From the NCBI GenBank assembly GCA_963792585.1, contig CAWBWI010000001.1, positions 640,001 to 704,000 on the forward strand: 64,000 nt of DNA. The letters are read 5' to 3'. This document shows, in pieces, positions 19,099 to 29,185 of this stretch. Position 1 is the first letter of the stretch; each line of letters starts with the position of its first letter. This DNA comes from Candidatus Eiseniibacteriota bacterium. Lineage in GTDB: Bacteria; Eisenbacteria; RBG-16-71-46; CAIMUX01; VGJL01. The notes below the pieces were generated by a model, which was given only the letters and a program-made list of their open reading frames with translations, did not search any database and was not told the DNA's origin. Made by a program: the position numbers and the translations under genes.

Positions 19099-22000
19099 AT
19101 GAATCGGCCGATCTGGAGATTTCCTGCCTGGCTGGCCATGGTTGCACTGCTGGCTTGCTGTGGCGTTGCGGCGGGTGCGCCGGTCGTGAAGATGGGAGTC
19201 ATCGGTCTCGCCGATGATCATCTCGAACGACGTGCATGTCGATGTGAACAACATCGCGATGTTCGTGACCAACCGCGGTGGTTTCGCCCGCGACCTCGAG
19301 TCGCCCGGCGGACCGTCGGGGCTTTTCTTCCCCCGCGGGCACCGACAAGACGGCCGTCTACGCGGCCGGATTGTGGTTTGGCTCGCGAGGTCAACGGCGA
19401 GACGCGGGTCACGGTGGCCGAGTACGACCTGGAGTACACGCCGGGAATCATCTACAACGACGGAACCGAGATCACCTGGGACGATGCGGGTGATGCACGC
19501 CTGAAGGTCTACAAGCTCGCCAAGGGCGACACCCTGAGCGACGACTACCTCAACTGGCCTGTCGCCGACGGCGCGCCGCTGAACGCGGCGGGCAAGCCGC
19601 TGTGGCAGGGCGACCAGACCTTGTGGGCGGTCTACAACGACGCGGATCCTTCGACGCACACGAACGACGCTGGAGGCTCGACGCCTCAAAACATCGAGAT
19701 CCGGCAGACGACGTTTGCGTTCGACCGCCAGGGCCCGCTCGGGAACATGATCTTCGTCAAGTTCAACTTCAAGAACCGCGGCAACGAGACCCTCGAGGAC
19801 TGCTATGTCTCGATGTGGTCGGACATCGACATGGGGGGGCGACGGACGACATGGCCGGCTGCGACACGCTGCTCTCGCTCGGCTATGTTTACAACGCTTC
19901 CAACAACGACGAGATCTACGGCGCGGTCCCGCCGGCCGTCGGTTTCGACTTCTTCCAGGGGCCGATCGTTCCCTCCGCGGGCGATACGGCGCTCGTCAGC
20001 GGCCAGCACGTACTCGACTACAAGAACCTGCCGATGACGTCCTACAACCGCTACATCAACGGGACCGACCCGGACAGCCGTGTCGCATCCTACAACTACA
20101 TGAAGGGCCTCACGAAGGACGGCGCGCCGCTGCACATCAACGAGGATGTGACGCAGCCGATCACGCGCTACTTCTTCCCGGGAGATCCGGTGACCCAGAC
20201 CGGCTGGATCGACGAAGCGCAGGCGGACAAGCGCATCATGCTCTCCTCGGGACCCTTCACGATGGCGCCCGGCGACAGCCAGGAGGTCGTGGTCGGTTTG
20301 ATCGTCGCCCAGGGCGGGGATCGGCTGTCGAGCCTGACCCTGCTGAAGTCATACGACGACCAGGCCCAGAAGGTCTTCGACGCGAACTTCGACCTTCCGT
20401 CGGCGCCACCACGGCCCGTTCTCTACGCGCGGCCGATGGACGGGGCCGTCGACCTGAGCTGGTCGACCGACGCAGTGGGGGACGTGCAGATCAGCCTTCC
20501 TCTGGGCGAGGAGTACCACCATCAGGGGTACAACCTCTATCAGGGGGAGTCGATCGCCGGCCCGTGGAAGAAGATCGGCACATGGGATCTTGCGGACAGC
20601 GTCGGTTTCACTTACGCCGATGTCTTCGATCCCGACCTGAAAGGTAACCAGCGCATCATTACCCAGCAGGGGACCAACAACGGTCTGGACTTCCATATGC
20701 TGCTGGAGGACGACCTGATCACGGGCGGACCGCTCCACAACAACCTCGACTACTTCTATGCGATCTCCGCCTATTCGTACGACGTCAACCACCTGGAGCC
20801 CTACTTCGTGGGGCCCAACCAGGTTGGCTGGCTGACGCCGACCCTGGAGAACTCCAAGGCGGGCGTGATCGTCCGGCCGGGCTCCTCGGCGGCGGTTCTC
20901 GACGCCGTTGGCACGCGGCTCGCCGGCACCAGCGACGGCTCGGTGCAGGTTGCCTTCGTCCAACCGGAGCTGGTGAAGGATGGGACGTTCAATGTTACGT
21001 TCCGCGAGATCACGATCGACGAGACGCCGACCGTTGTTTGGGATCTGACAAATGCTTCGACCGGTGACACGCTTCTCAAGGCGCAGACCTATCAGTCGTC
21101 GAATCCCGAAGACTACGCCTATCCGGTCGTCGACGGCATGATGGTTCGCGTGCTCGGTCCGGCGCCGGGCTTCAAGTTCAACACGCGCACGGATATCAGC
21201 AATCCCTTGATGTTCGACGAGGTCAAGGGTGCCGGAGGCGCCGACATTCCTGCGGACGCCAACGGTGGTCCGGGCAAGAACTGCTGGTGGATCCGTAACT
21301 CGACCGGGGAGTGGTCCCTGTCGGCCGGTGGCGGTGATGGAGGCTACGGTCGCCTGACCCGCGACGGAACGAACAACGTGAACCTCACGTCAGCTGACAT
21401 CATCATGAAGTGGGACTACGCAGACGACAACTGGGCCGTCTGGGGGTTCGACTCTGGTGTTGTTGGGAAGGTGCCGTTCGGGCTCTACCTCAAGGATCCG
21501 GGCACCGGGGCCGAGACCCGGCTCGTTCCGGAACTCACCGCCGGAGGCGGCACCGAGGGCGTCTACGAGATCCAGCAGGATACCGTGGACGGCCACTACG
21601 GGCTTCCGAGCACCGACTGGTGCTATGCCTATACGTTCGACGGGGATTGGGAGGCATTCGTAGCAGCCGTCGCGGACGGCACCTACGGCCCCGACGAAGA
21701 CACGACCCAGAACGAGCTCTTCGCGCGTCTCGTGGTCGTGCAGCGCGGCGACACGCCCGTTCTGCCGGCCGAGGGAACGGTGATCCAGTTCTCAACGACG
21801 AAACCGAACACGCCGCTCGACAAGTTCCAGTTCAAGGCCTATGCGCCCGGACACGCCGTCGGCACGGTGATCGGCGACGATCTCGCTGCCATCCACGTCG
21901 TGCCGAACCCCTACCTGAACCAGAGCGCATATGAGCTGAACCAGTTCAACCGGGTCATCAAGTTCATCAACCTCCCGGCGAAACCGGCGACGATCCGGAT

Positions 22001-22202
22001 CTTCAACCTCGGTGGCGAGTTGGTCCGCACGATCGAAAAGACCGACGTGGTCAACAGCGAGGCGATCTGGGATCTCCAGAACTCGAGGGCGATTCCCGTC
22101 GCGAGCGGAATCTATATCTACACCGTCGACGTGAAGGGGCTGGGCCGGAAGACGGGCAAGATGGCCGTCTTCGTGGAAAAGGAGAGGCTCAACCGCTTCT
22201 AG
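19099..22202 (+). CDS. Large secreted protein (~1,030 aa) with T9SS-CTD/FlgD-Ig-like C-terminus (frameshifts in the first ~750 nt)
   Basis: AAGGAGG RBS; signal peptide; FN3-like segment (PPRPVL...VDLSW...GYNLY); C-terminus IHVVPNPY...IRIFNLGGELVRTI...WDL...VASGIYIY...KTGKMAVF. Confidence 0.8.
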
Positions 22203-22236
22203 GGCGGGAGAGGAAACCGTGGAAGGAGGAAACGAG

Positions 22237-23253
22237 ATGAGAGTTCGGATTCTCTGCTGCACGGCGGTCCTGCTCCTCGCCCTCGTGGGAGGCGCATTCG
22301 CCGGCAATCCTGATCGAATCGGCACCTCTGGTGGCCAGGAACTGACCATCCCCAACTCGGCACGCGGGATGGCCCTGGGCAGCGGCATGGTTGCGGATCC
22401 GGGCGGGGTGGACATGCTCTTCTACAACCCGGCCGCCATCGCGGGCGTGACGGGCGTGGAAGCGTATTTCAGCAATCTGAAGTACATCGCGGACATGAAG
22501 AAGAACTACGTGGGCGTCGCCGCGAAGACAGGCTTCGGGACCATCGGGGTCACGGCCGACGTCCTTTCGATCGGGGACATCGAGGAGACGACCGAGGAGA
22601 ACCCGAATGGAACGGGCAGGGTGTTCTCCCCGAACTTCTCGATCCTGGGACTCAGCTACGCCCGTTACATGACCGATCAGGTGACGATCGGGGCGACGTT
22701 CAAGGTCATCTCCGAGTCCGTGCTGCAACTCCACTCGACGGGCCTCGCGTTCGATGCCGGAATCCAGTATCGGCCGGGCCCGAAGGGAGTCTGGTTCGGG
22801 CTCGCGGTCAAGAACTTCGGCCCGAACATGAAGTTCACAGGAAGCGATTTCGAGAGCTTCCACCGGACGGGGAGCAACCCTCAATCGAACGATCGCTCCC
22901 TCGCCTCGTTGTCGGCGCCCTTCGAGCTGCCCAGCTACTTCGAGATGGGGGTTCGTTATGAGCTCCCCATCGAGACCGTGGGAAGCCTGACGGGTTACGG
23001 AACGTTCCAGTCGAACAACTTCAACAACGACGAGTTCAAGCTCGGGGGCGAGTTCGCCTTCCGGGATGCGCTCTTCCTTCGCGCCGGCGGCGTCATCACC
23101 GGCAACGACGACTACCTGTTCGGCCCGGCCTTCGGAGCGGGCTTCTCCCTCCCGCTGGGTGGGACGAGCAAGCTTCAGGTCGACTACACGATCCGGACCG
23201 TTCCGGACTACTTCGACGACAACCAGCTCCTGGCGGTGAAGTTCGTCTTCTAG
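22237..23253 (+). CDS. PorV/PorQ (UPF0164)-like outer-membrane barrel
   Basis: Signal peptide; GTSGGQELTIPNSARGMALG, FYNPAAIA; amphipathic beta strands; terminal Phe. Confidence 0.85.
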   Translation: MRVRILCCTAVLLLALVGGAFAGNPDRIGTSGGQELTIPNSARGMALGSGMVADPGGVDMLFYNPAAIAGVTGVEAYFSNLKYIADMKKNYVGVAAKTGFGTIGVTADVLSIGDIEETTEENPNGTGRVFSPNFSILGLSYARYMTDQVTIGATFKVISESVLQLHSTGLAFDAGIQYRPGPKGVWFGLAVKNFGPNMKFTGSDFESFHRTGSNPQSNDRSLASLSAPFELPSYFEMGVRYELPIETVGSLTGYGTFQSNNFNNDEFKLGGEFAFRDALFLRAGGVITGNDDYLFGPAFGAGFSLPLGGTSKLQVDYTIRTVPDYFDDNQLLAVKFVF

Positions 23254-23277
23254 CCGGTTGCTCGATTGTCCCTACTT

Positions 23278-23313
23278 GGGGCGGGGGTCGATGGGACCCC
23301 CGCCCCTCGCTTT
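23278..23313 (+). terminator. Probable terminator hairpin after the PorV-like gene
   Basis: GGGGCGGGGGTC-GATGG-GACCCCCGCCCC, perfect 12-bp stem, weak T tail. Confidence 0.6.
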
Positions 23314-23384
23314 GCGGCGGCGGGAACGCCGTGCCGGTGCTAGCATGGGAGAAACCCGAAACCACCGAGGAGAAGGCGCCGAAC

Positions 23385-23735
23385 GTGTTCAATATCGGAT
23401 CCCAGGAGTTGCTCATCATCCTGCTCCTGGTCTTTCTCTTCTTCGGCCCCCGGCATTTGCCCGAGGTCGCCCGCACGCTGGGCAAGGGGCTTGGGGACTT
23501 CCAGCGGACGCTGCGGGGGGTGGAGGACAACGTCCGACGGGCCAGCGAGGAGACGATCGGGCGCGCTTCGGTCGTCCCGTCGATCTTCGACAAGAACCTA
23601 CTCGATGTGGGCCCTCCCGACCCCGCAGGCGCGATTGCGGGAAACCGGGCGACCTTGGGCCCGGCCGGGCCCCCCGCGGACGCGACAGAGCCCGAGGATG
23701 AGGAAGGGGCCGGCCCGGCGGTGAATCCATCATGA
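23385..23735 (+). CDS. Twin-arginine translocase TatA/TatB family subunit
   Basis: MFNIGSQELLIILLLVFLFFGPRHLPEVARTLGKGL. Confidence 0.9.
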   Translation: MFNIGSQELLIILLLVFLFFGPRHLPEVARTLGKGLGDFQRTLRGVEDNVRRASEETIGRASVVPSIFDKNLLDVGPPDPAGAIAGNRATLGPAGPPADATEPEDEEGAGPAVNPS

Positions 23736-24271
23736 TGGGCGCGGCGAATATTGCCCTGGTCGGCTTCATGGCCTCCGGCAAGACGACGGTGGGGGAGGCG
23801 CTCGCCGCCATGACCGGGATGCCATTCCGGGACGTCGACAGGCTCGTGGAGGAGATGGAGGGGGCCAGTGTCGCCGAGATCTTCGCCTCCCGCGGAGAGG
23901 CGGTCTTTCGCGCTCGAGAGGGAACGGTCTTCCGGCAGCTGTGCGAAGGAACCGGGGTCATCATCGGCTGCGGCGGCGGCACCCTGATCGACCCGATCAA
24001 CCGGGCGGCGCTACGCGCCCGCTGCATCGGAGTCTGGTTGAGAACCTCGCTGCCCGAGATCCTCGATCGGATGGGCTCCAGCGAGCGGGCGATCCGTCCT
24101 CTGCTTCAGGGAGCGGCTCCTGAGGTGGTCGTACCGAAGCTCCTGGCGGCCCGTGAAGCGCTCTATGGGGAAGACGCGGACGTGGTGATCGACACCGACG
24201 GCCGAGGGGTCGTGGAGATCGCGGAGCAGATCCGCCTCACCCTCGCCCTTCCGACGAGGTTCCGGACTTGA
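23732..24271 (+). CDS. aroK: Shikimate kinase
   Basis: NIALVGFMASGKTTVG, GEAVFRARE, CGGG, RPLL. Confidence 0.93.
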   Translation: MMGAANIALVGFMASGKTTVGEALAAMTGMPFRDVDRLVEEMEGASVAEIFASRGEAVFRAREGTVFRQLCEGTGVIIGCGGGTLIDPINRAALRARCIGVWLRTSLPEILDRMGSSERAIRPLLQGAAPEVVVPKLLAAREALYGEDADVVIDTDGRGVVEIAEQIRLTLALPTRFRT

Positions 24272-24864
24272 GGGTGATTTCGGGGCAACTGCGGGGAAGG
24301 CCCCTGAAGGCGCCACCGGGGCGGGCGGTCCGCCCGACGCAGAGCCATGTTCGTCAGGTCCTCTTCGACATCGTGGGGGTGTCGATCGAGGGGGCGAGGG
24401 CGCTGGATCTCTTTGCGGGCGTCGGGGGGCTCGGAATCGAGGCCCTCAGCCGAGGGGCTGCGGAGGTCTGCTTCATCGAGAAGGACCCGGTCGCGACCCG
24501 CTTCCTGCGCGCGAACCTCGAGGCGCTCGATCTCACGGATCGAGCGCGGGTGCTGCCGGTGTCCGTGGAGGCGGGGTTGCGGATCCTGGAGAAGGAGGCG
24601 CCGGGCTTCCGGTGGATCTTCGCGGACCCGCCGTACAAAGCGGAGCCGGCCGCTTGGCTGCGCCGCGCCGTCCGCACGGGCCCGGGGGGGCTCCTGGATG
24701 CCGGTGGGACGCTCGTTTTCGAGACATCGCGACGCGCGCCCAGAATCGATCGGATCGAAGCGCTCGAGCACGTCCGATCCCATCCGGTCGGCGAGACGAC
24801 GCTCGAGTTTTACAGATGGGGGGGCAGGGATGGAACGCAGGGGGATCTTTCCGGGAACCTTTGA
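24268..24864 (+). CDS. rsmD: 16S rRNA m2G966 methyltransferase
   Basis: MRVISGQLRGR, VRPT, LDLFAGVGGLGIEALSRGA, FADPPY. Confidence 0.93.
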   Translation: MRVISGQLRGRPLKAPPGRAVRPTQSHVRQVLFDIVGVSIEGARALDLFAGVGGLGIEALSRGAAEVCFIEKDPVATRFLRANLEALDLTDRARVLPVSVEAGLRILEKEAPGFRWIFADPPYKAEPAAWLRRAVRTGPGGLLDAGGTLVFETSRRAPRIDRIEALEHVRSHPVGETTLEFYRWGGRDGTQGDLSGNL

Positions 24865-25324
24865 TCCGCTCACGCTCGGCCATCTCGATGTGCTGACGCG
24901 TGCGCTCCACCTATTCGACCGCGTCACGGTGGCGGTGGCCGCGATCGATCGGCGTCGCAAGGAGACGCTCTTCAACGTGGATGAACGGATGGAGATGGTT
25001 CGGGACGCCATCGTGCCGGCCCTCCGCCCTCGCGTCGACGTGATGGTACTCGAAGGGCTGTTAGTCGATTTCGCGCGGGCGCAGGGGGTTCACGCGGTCG
25101 TCCGCGGATTGCGTTTCATCTCGGACTTCGAGTACGAGTTCCAGATGGCCTTGATGAATCAGAAGCTGTGGGCGGAGCTCGACACGGTCTTCTTGATGCC
25201 CAACGACAAGTACTCATACGTCAATTCGAGCCTGGTGAAGGAGATCGCGCGCAACGGGGGCGACGTGAGCGAGCTCGTGCCGCCGGACGTCGCGCGCCGC
25301 CTTTCGGAACGTTTCGGGCGTTAA
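24830..25324 (+). CDS. coaD: Phosphopantetheine adenylyltransferase
   Basis: FPGTFDPLTLGHLD, RGLRFISDFEYE, SSLVKEIA. Confidence 0.96.
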   Translation: MERRGIFPGTFDPLTLGHLDVLTRALHLFDRVTVAVAAIDRRRKETLFNVDERMEMVRDAIVPALRPRVDVMVLEGLLVDFARAQGVHAVVRGLRFISDFEYEFQMALMNQKLWAELDTVFLMPNDKYSYVNSSLVKEIARNGGDVSELVPPDVARRLSERFGR

Positions 25325-25341
25325 CTTGGGTTGAGGAGGGG

Positions 25342-26547
25342 ATGATGAGGATTTCGAAGTTCGCATCGAAGGTCAGCCTTTCGGAGACGGGGGCCATGGA
25401 CGAGAAGGTCCGCGAGATCCGCGCGGCCGGCCGTGAGGTGTTCAATTTCGGGGTCGGGCAACCGGATTTCCCGACCCCGGCGAACATCTGCGAAGCGGGG
25501 ATCCAGGCGATCCGGGACGGCAAGACGCGCTACACGTCACCCATGGGGACGGCCGAACTGCGCAAGGGAATCGCGCGAAAGCTCCAGGAAGAGAATGGGC
25601 TGACATACGGCACGGACCAGATCATCGTCTCAGGCGGGGCCAAGCACTCGATCCACAATCTGCTCGCCGCCGTCGTGAGCCCGGACGAGGAAGTCCTGAT
25701 GCCCACGCCCGGGTGGGTCAGCTATCCGTCGATGATCCGACTGCTCGGCGCGGAGTGCATTCCGGTCCCGACACGTCTCGAGGACGAGTTCAAGATCACG
25801 CCTGCGGGTCTCCGTGCCGCGATCACGCCCAGGACCGTGGGAATCATCCTGAATAGCCCGTGCAACCCCACCGGAGCCGTATACAGCGAGGCGGAACTGC
25901 GCGCGCTGATCCCGGTGTTGAACGAGGCGAATCTATGGGTCATCGCCGATGAGATCTACGAGAAGATCGTCTTCGACGGTCGTCGCCATGTGAGCATTGC
26001 CGCGCTGGATCCCGCGGTCGCCGCGAGAACCGCCGTCGTCAACGGGGTGTCGAAGTCCTATTCAATGACCGGCTGGCGGATCGGCTACGCCGCCGGGCCC
26101 GCGGACTGGATCCGCGCCGCCGCGGCCATCCAGAGCCATCAGGCCGGGAATCCCTGCTCGATCTCCCAGGAGGCGACGCAGTTCGCGCTGCACGCAGGGG
26201 AGGAGAGCGCCGAGGCCATGCGCGGGGCGTTCGAGCGCAGGCGGGATCTCGTCATGCGGCTCCTGGGCGGGACGGATGGCTGCGAGCTCTTCGCTCCCCA
26301 GGGGACCTTCTACCTGTTTCCGCGGGTCGTCTCCTTCCTGGGAACGCGGACGACCGGTCCCTCCCTCATGACGGACAACGACCTGGTCCACTGGTTGCTG
26401 GATCAGACCGGTGTGGCGACCGTCTCGGGAACGGCGTTCGCCGCGCCCGGGCACCTGCGCATTTCGTTCGCCGCCTCCGAGGAGTTGCTGGAGCGGGGGC
26501 TCGGGAGCATGCGCAAGGCACTGGAAGGTCTTGGCAGAGCCCGATAG
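25342..26547 (+). CDS. Class I/II PLP aminotransferase (aspartate aminotransferase-like)
   Basis: GQPDFPTP, NSPCNPTG, DEIYE, SKSYSMTGWRIGY. Confidence 0.92.
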   Translation: MMRISKFASKVSLSETGAMDEKVREIRAAGREVFNFGVGQPDFPTPANICEAGIQAIRDGKTRYTSPMGTAELRKGIARKLQEENGLTYGTDQIIVSGGAKHSIHNLLAAVVSPDEEVLMPTPGWVSYPSMIRLLGAECIPVPTRLEDEFKITPAGLRAAITPRTVGIILNSPCNPTGAVYSEAELRALIPVLNEANLWVIADEIYEKIVFDGRRHVSIAALDPAVAARTAVVNGVSKSYSMTGWRIGYAAGPADWIRAAAAIQSHQAGNPCSISQEATQFALHAGEESAEAMRGAFERRRDLVMRLLGGTDGCELFAPQGTFYLFPRVVSFLGTRTTGPSLMTDNDLVHWLLDQTGVATVSGTAFAAPGHLRISFAASEELLERGLGSMRKALEGLGRAR

Positions 26548-26583
26548 ATCGAGCAGAATCCGGCCGAGAGGAGCCATGGATCG

Positions 26584-26940
26584 ATGCCTACATATGATTA
26601 TAAATGCGATGCTTGCGGGCATGAATTCGAGTTGTTTCAGAAGATGACCGATCCCCCCGCCAAGGTCTGCCCGAAATGCGGGGGCGTCGTGCGGCGAAAG
26701 ATCGGGTCCGGGGCTGGGCTGATCTTCAAGGGGACCGGTTTCTACGCGACCGACTATCGGAGCTCCGAGTACAAGACGAAGGCGAACGCGGAGCGGCCCG
26801 TCGCCCCTTCGCCGGCCAAGACCGACGGGGGCGCGACGGAGACTACGAAGGGGGCCGACTCGGCGAAGGACTCGAAGGACGCGAAGGACTCGAAGGAGTC
26901 GAAAGCCTCGAAGGGTTCGAAGGATTCGAAGGACGCCTAG
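26584..26940 (+). CDS. FmdB family zinc-ribbon protein
   Basis: MPTYDYKCDACGH...CPKCGG...FKGTGFYATDY, low-complexity tail. Confidence 0.9.
   Translation: MPTYDYKCDACGHEFELFQKMTDPPAKVCPKCGGVVRRKIGSGAGLIFKGTGFYATDYRSSEYKTKANAERPVAPSPAKTDGGATETTKGADSAKDSKDAKDSKESKASKGSKDSKDA
26866..26937 (+). repeat. Degenerate 9-bp tandem repeat (AAGGACTCG) x8 encoding a (KDS)n-like tail
   Basis: Units aaggactcg, aaggacgcg, aaggactcg, aaggagtcg, aaagcctcg, aagggttcg, aaggattcg, aaggacgcc. Confidence 0.85.
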
Positions 26941-28074
26941 ATGTTTGTCGATGAAGCCCGGGTCCGGGCGCTCGCGGGAAACGGCGGTAAGGGATGTGTT
27001 TCCTTCCGCCGGGAGAAGTTCGTTCCCCGCGGAGGACCCGACGGCGGGGACGGTGGCGATGGAGGCGACGTGCGCATCCTCGTGGATGGGGGACTGAGGA
27101 CTCTTCTTCACCTTCGCCACACTCCGACCTTCGCGGGAGAGAACGGACAGCACGGTCTGGGCAAGCAGTGCACGGGTCGCCGGGGGAGCGACTGTCTGAT
27201 CCGGGTGCCGCCCGGGACGATCATCAAAGATGGACGGACCGGCGCCTGGATCGCCGACCTGGTCGATCTGGGGGATACGATTCTCGTGGCGCGGGGGGGG
27301 AGAGGCGGGAAGGGAAACGTCCACTTCAAGTCCGCCACGCGGCGATCGCCTCGCATATCGACTCCGGGAGGGGAGGGCGAGCAGAAGGAGCTGACGCTCG
27401 AACTGCAACTCCTGGCCGACGTGGGCCTCGTCGGGCTGCCGAATGTGGGGAAGTCGACGCTGCTCGCACGACTCTCGAACGCCCGACCGAAGATCGGGAA
27501 CTTCCCCTTCACGACGCTCCAGCCGAGCCTCGGGATCGTCGCCGTCGGTGAGACGGACAGCATTGTGATGGCCGACATCCCGGGCCTGGTCGAGGGGGCG
27601 CATCAGGGGCGCGGCCTCGGCGCGCAGTTCCTGCGGCACATCGAGCGCACGCGACTCCTGCTGTTTCTGGTGGACAGTCTCTCCGACGACCCGCAGCGCG
27701 ATTTTCATCTCCTGCTCGCGGAACTGGCCGCCTTCAGCGCTCCCTTGGCGCGCCGGCCGCGCATCGTGGCCTACAGCCGCGGGGACCTTCGGGGACCCGG
27801 GTGGAAACCGCCCCCGATCGAGGGAGAGGAGACGTTCGTCTTCTCCTCGCAATCCGGGCAAGGTCTCCCGGAACTGCTCGGCAGATTGCGCGACGGGCTA
27901 TCCGCGATGCTGGACGACACGGTGGCCGTCCGGGCGGGGGACCCTACCGGCTCGATCGAACTGCCATTCGCATGGCGGGTGGATCGCGGCCTGGAGTTGG
28001 GATCCCGTCCGTGGCCGGAGCGGTGGATCGTCGGCCCGATCGTGGGGGGTGGGGGAGAAGCATCCGTTGGATGA
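26941..28074 (+). CDS. obgE: GTPase Obg
   Basis: MFVDEA, FRREKFVPRGGPDGGDGG, GLPNVGKS, FTTL, DIPG. Confidence 0.96.
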   Translation: MFVDEARVRALAGNGGKGCVSFRREKFVPRGGPDGGDGGDGGDVRILVDGGLRTLLHLRHTPTFAGENGQHGLGKQCTGRRGSDCLIRVPPGTIIKDGRTGAWIADLVDLGDTILVARGGRGGKGNVHFKSATRRSPRISTPGGEGEQKELTLELQLLADVGLVGLPNVGKSTLLARLSNARPKIGNFPFTTLQPSLGIVAVGETDSIVMADIPGLVEGAHQGRGLGAQFLRHIERTRLLLFLVDSLSDDPQRDFHLLLAELAAFSAPLARRPRIVAYSRGDLRGPGWKPPPIEGEETFVFSSQSGQGLPELLGRLRDGLSAMLDDTVAVRAGDPTGSIELPFAWRVDRGLELGSRPWPERWIVGPIVGGGGEASVG

Positions 28075-29185
28075 TCCGCGCGCGGACCGCCGGCTTCGGT
28101 GGGTCGGCTGGTCGCTTCGCCCCGAGATCCGCCCGTCGGTCCTGGCCGACCTGATACGGCTGCGCGACGGCGACCCCCCGCCGATTCCGATGGGGCCGGA
28201 CGCGTTTCCCCTGGGGCTCCGCTTGCGCGCGGGCGATCGTGCCCTCTTCTCTGCCCCGTCTCCAACCAGGGAGGATGCGCGGGCGACCTTCGTCGCCGCC
28301 GATGCCCTGGGAATCCGGATCCTCACGCCGGATGACGACGGATGGATGCCCCGTTTCTGGAGCGAACTGACGGATCCCCCCGCGGCGCTCTATGTCAGGG
28401 GCGAACTTCATGGAGTCGATGAAGCGGCGGTTGCGATCGTCGGCTCGCGATACCCATCCCCGAACGGCCTGGCCCTCGCCCGTTCCCTTGCGCGCGACAT
28501 CGCCGGAGAGGGGGTCACGATCGTGAGCGGGCTGGCGCTCGGGATCGACGGCGCGGCGCATCGTGGCGCGCTCGACATCGAGGGCCGCACCGTCGCGGTG
28601 CTCGGGGGCGGTGTGGACTGTCCGAGCCCGCCGAGCCATGCGGCGTTGGGCGAGCGGGTCGCCCGCGCCGGCGCCGTCGTGAGCGAGTTCCCGCTGCGAA
28701 GTCACCCGCGTCCTCTCCACTTTCCCAGGCGGAATCGGATTCTGGCGGCCCTCGCGCAAGTGGTTCTCGTGGTCGAAGGATGTGAGCGCAGCGGCGCTCG
28801 TTCCACGGTCGACCATGCCGCGTCTCTCGGCCGCGACATTGCCGCGGTTCCGCGCGACCCGGTGCACGAGGGTTCGGAGCTTCCCAACTCCCTCCTTCGG
28901 AGCGGCGCCACGCCGGTCGCGCGGGCGCAGGATATCCTCGACCTCCTCGCCTCCTCCTCTCCTGCCGCGCGTCGCGTGCCGGTGGGACGAAGCGAGGACG
29001 ATCTCGCGCTGGAAGAAAGTGTCCTTGGCGGCCTTGCGGCCGGACGGTGTGGCATCGACGGGCTCTCGCGCGCGGCGGGTCGCGGCCCGTCCGACCTGCT
29101 CGGGGTTCTCGGCCGCCTGGAAGCGTCGGGGAAAGTGCGGCGTCTGCCGGGGATGCAATTCGAGATCACGGGAAGGCGGACGTGA
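28067..29185 (+). CDS. dprA: DNA-processing protein DprA (start uncertain)
   Basis: DPPAALYVRG, AIVGSR, VSGLALGIDGAAH, FPRRNRI, C-terminal winged helix. Confidence 0.92.
   Translation: MDDPRADRRLRWVGWSLRPEIRPSVLADLIRLRDGDPPPIPMGPDAFPLGLRLRAGDRALFSAPSPTREDARATFVAADALGIRILTPDDDGWMPRFWSELTDPPAALYVRGELHGVDEAAVAIVGSRYPSPNGLALARSLARDIAGEGVTIVSGLALGIDGAAHRGALDIEGRTVAVLGGGVDCPSPPSHAALGERVARAGAVVSEFPLRSHPRPLHFPRRNRILAALAQVVLVVEGCERSGARSTVDHAASLGRDIAAVPRDPVHEGSELPNSLLRSGATPVARAQDILDLLASSSPAARRVPVGRSEDDLALEESVLGGLAAGRCGIDGLSRAAGRGPSDLLGVLGRLEASGKVRRLPGMQFEITGRRT

Noticed and set aside
13660..19860. Programmed ribosomal frameshifting or a diversity-generating retroelement
   Set aside because: No consistent slippery heptamers, no reverse transcriptase or TR/VR pair seen; the same pattern affects housekeeping genes at 55-60 kb
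26866..26937. Short repeats as a CRISPR array
   Set aside because: 9-bp in-frame coding units with no spacers; no cas genes or arrays seen anywhere in the window
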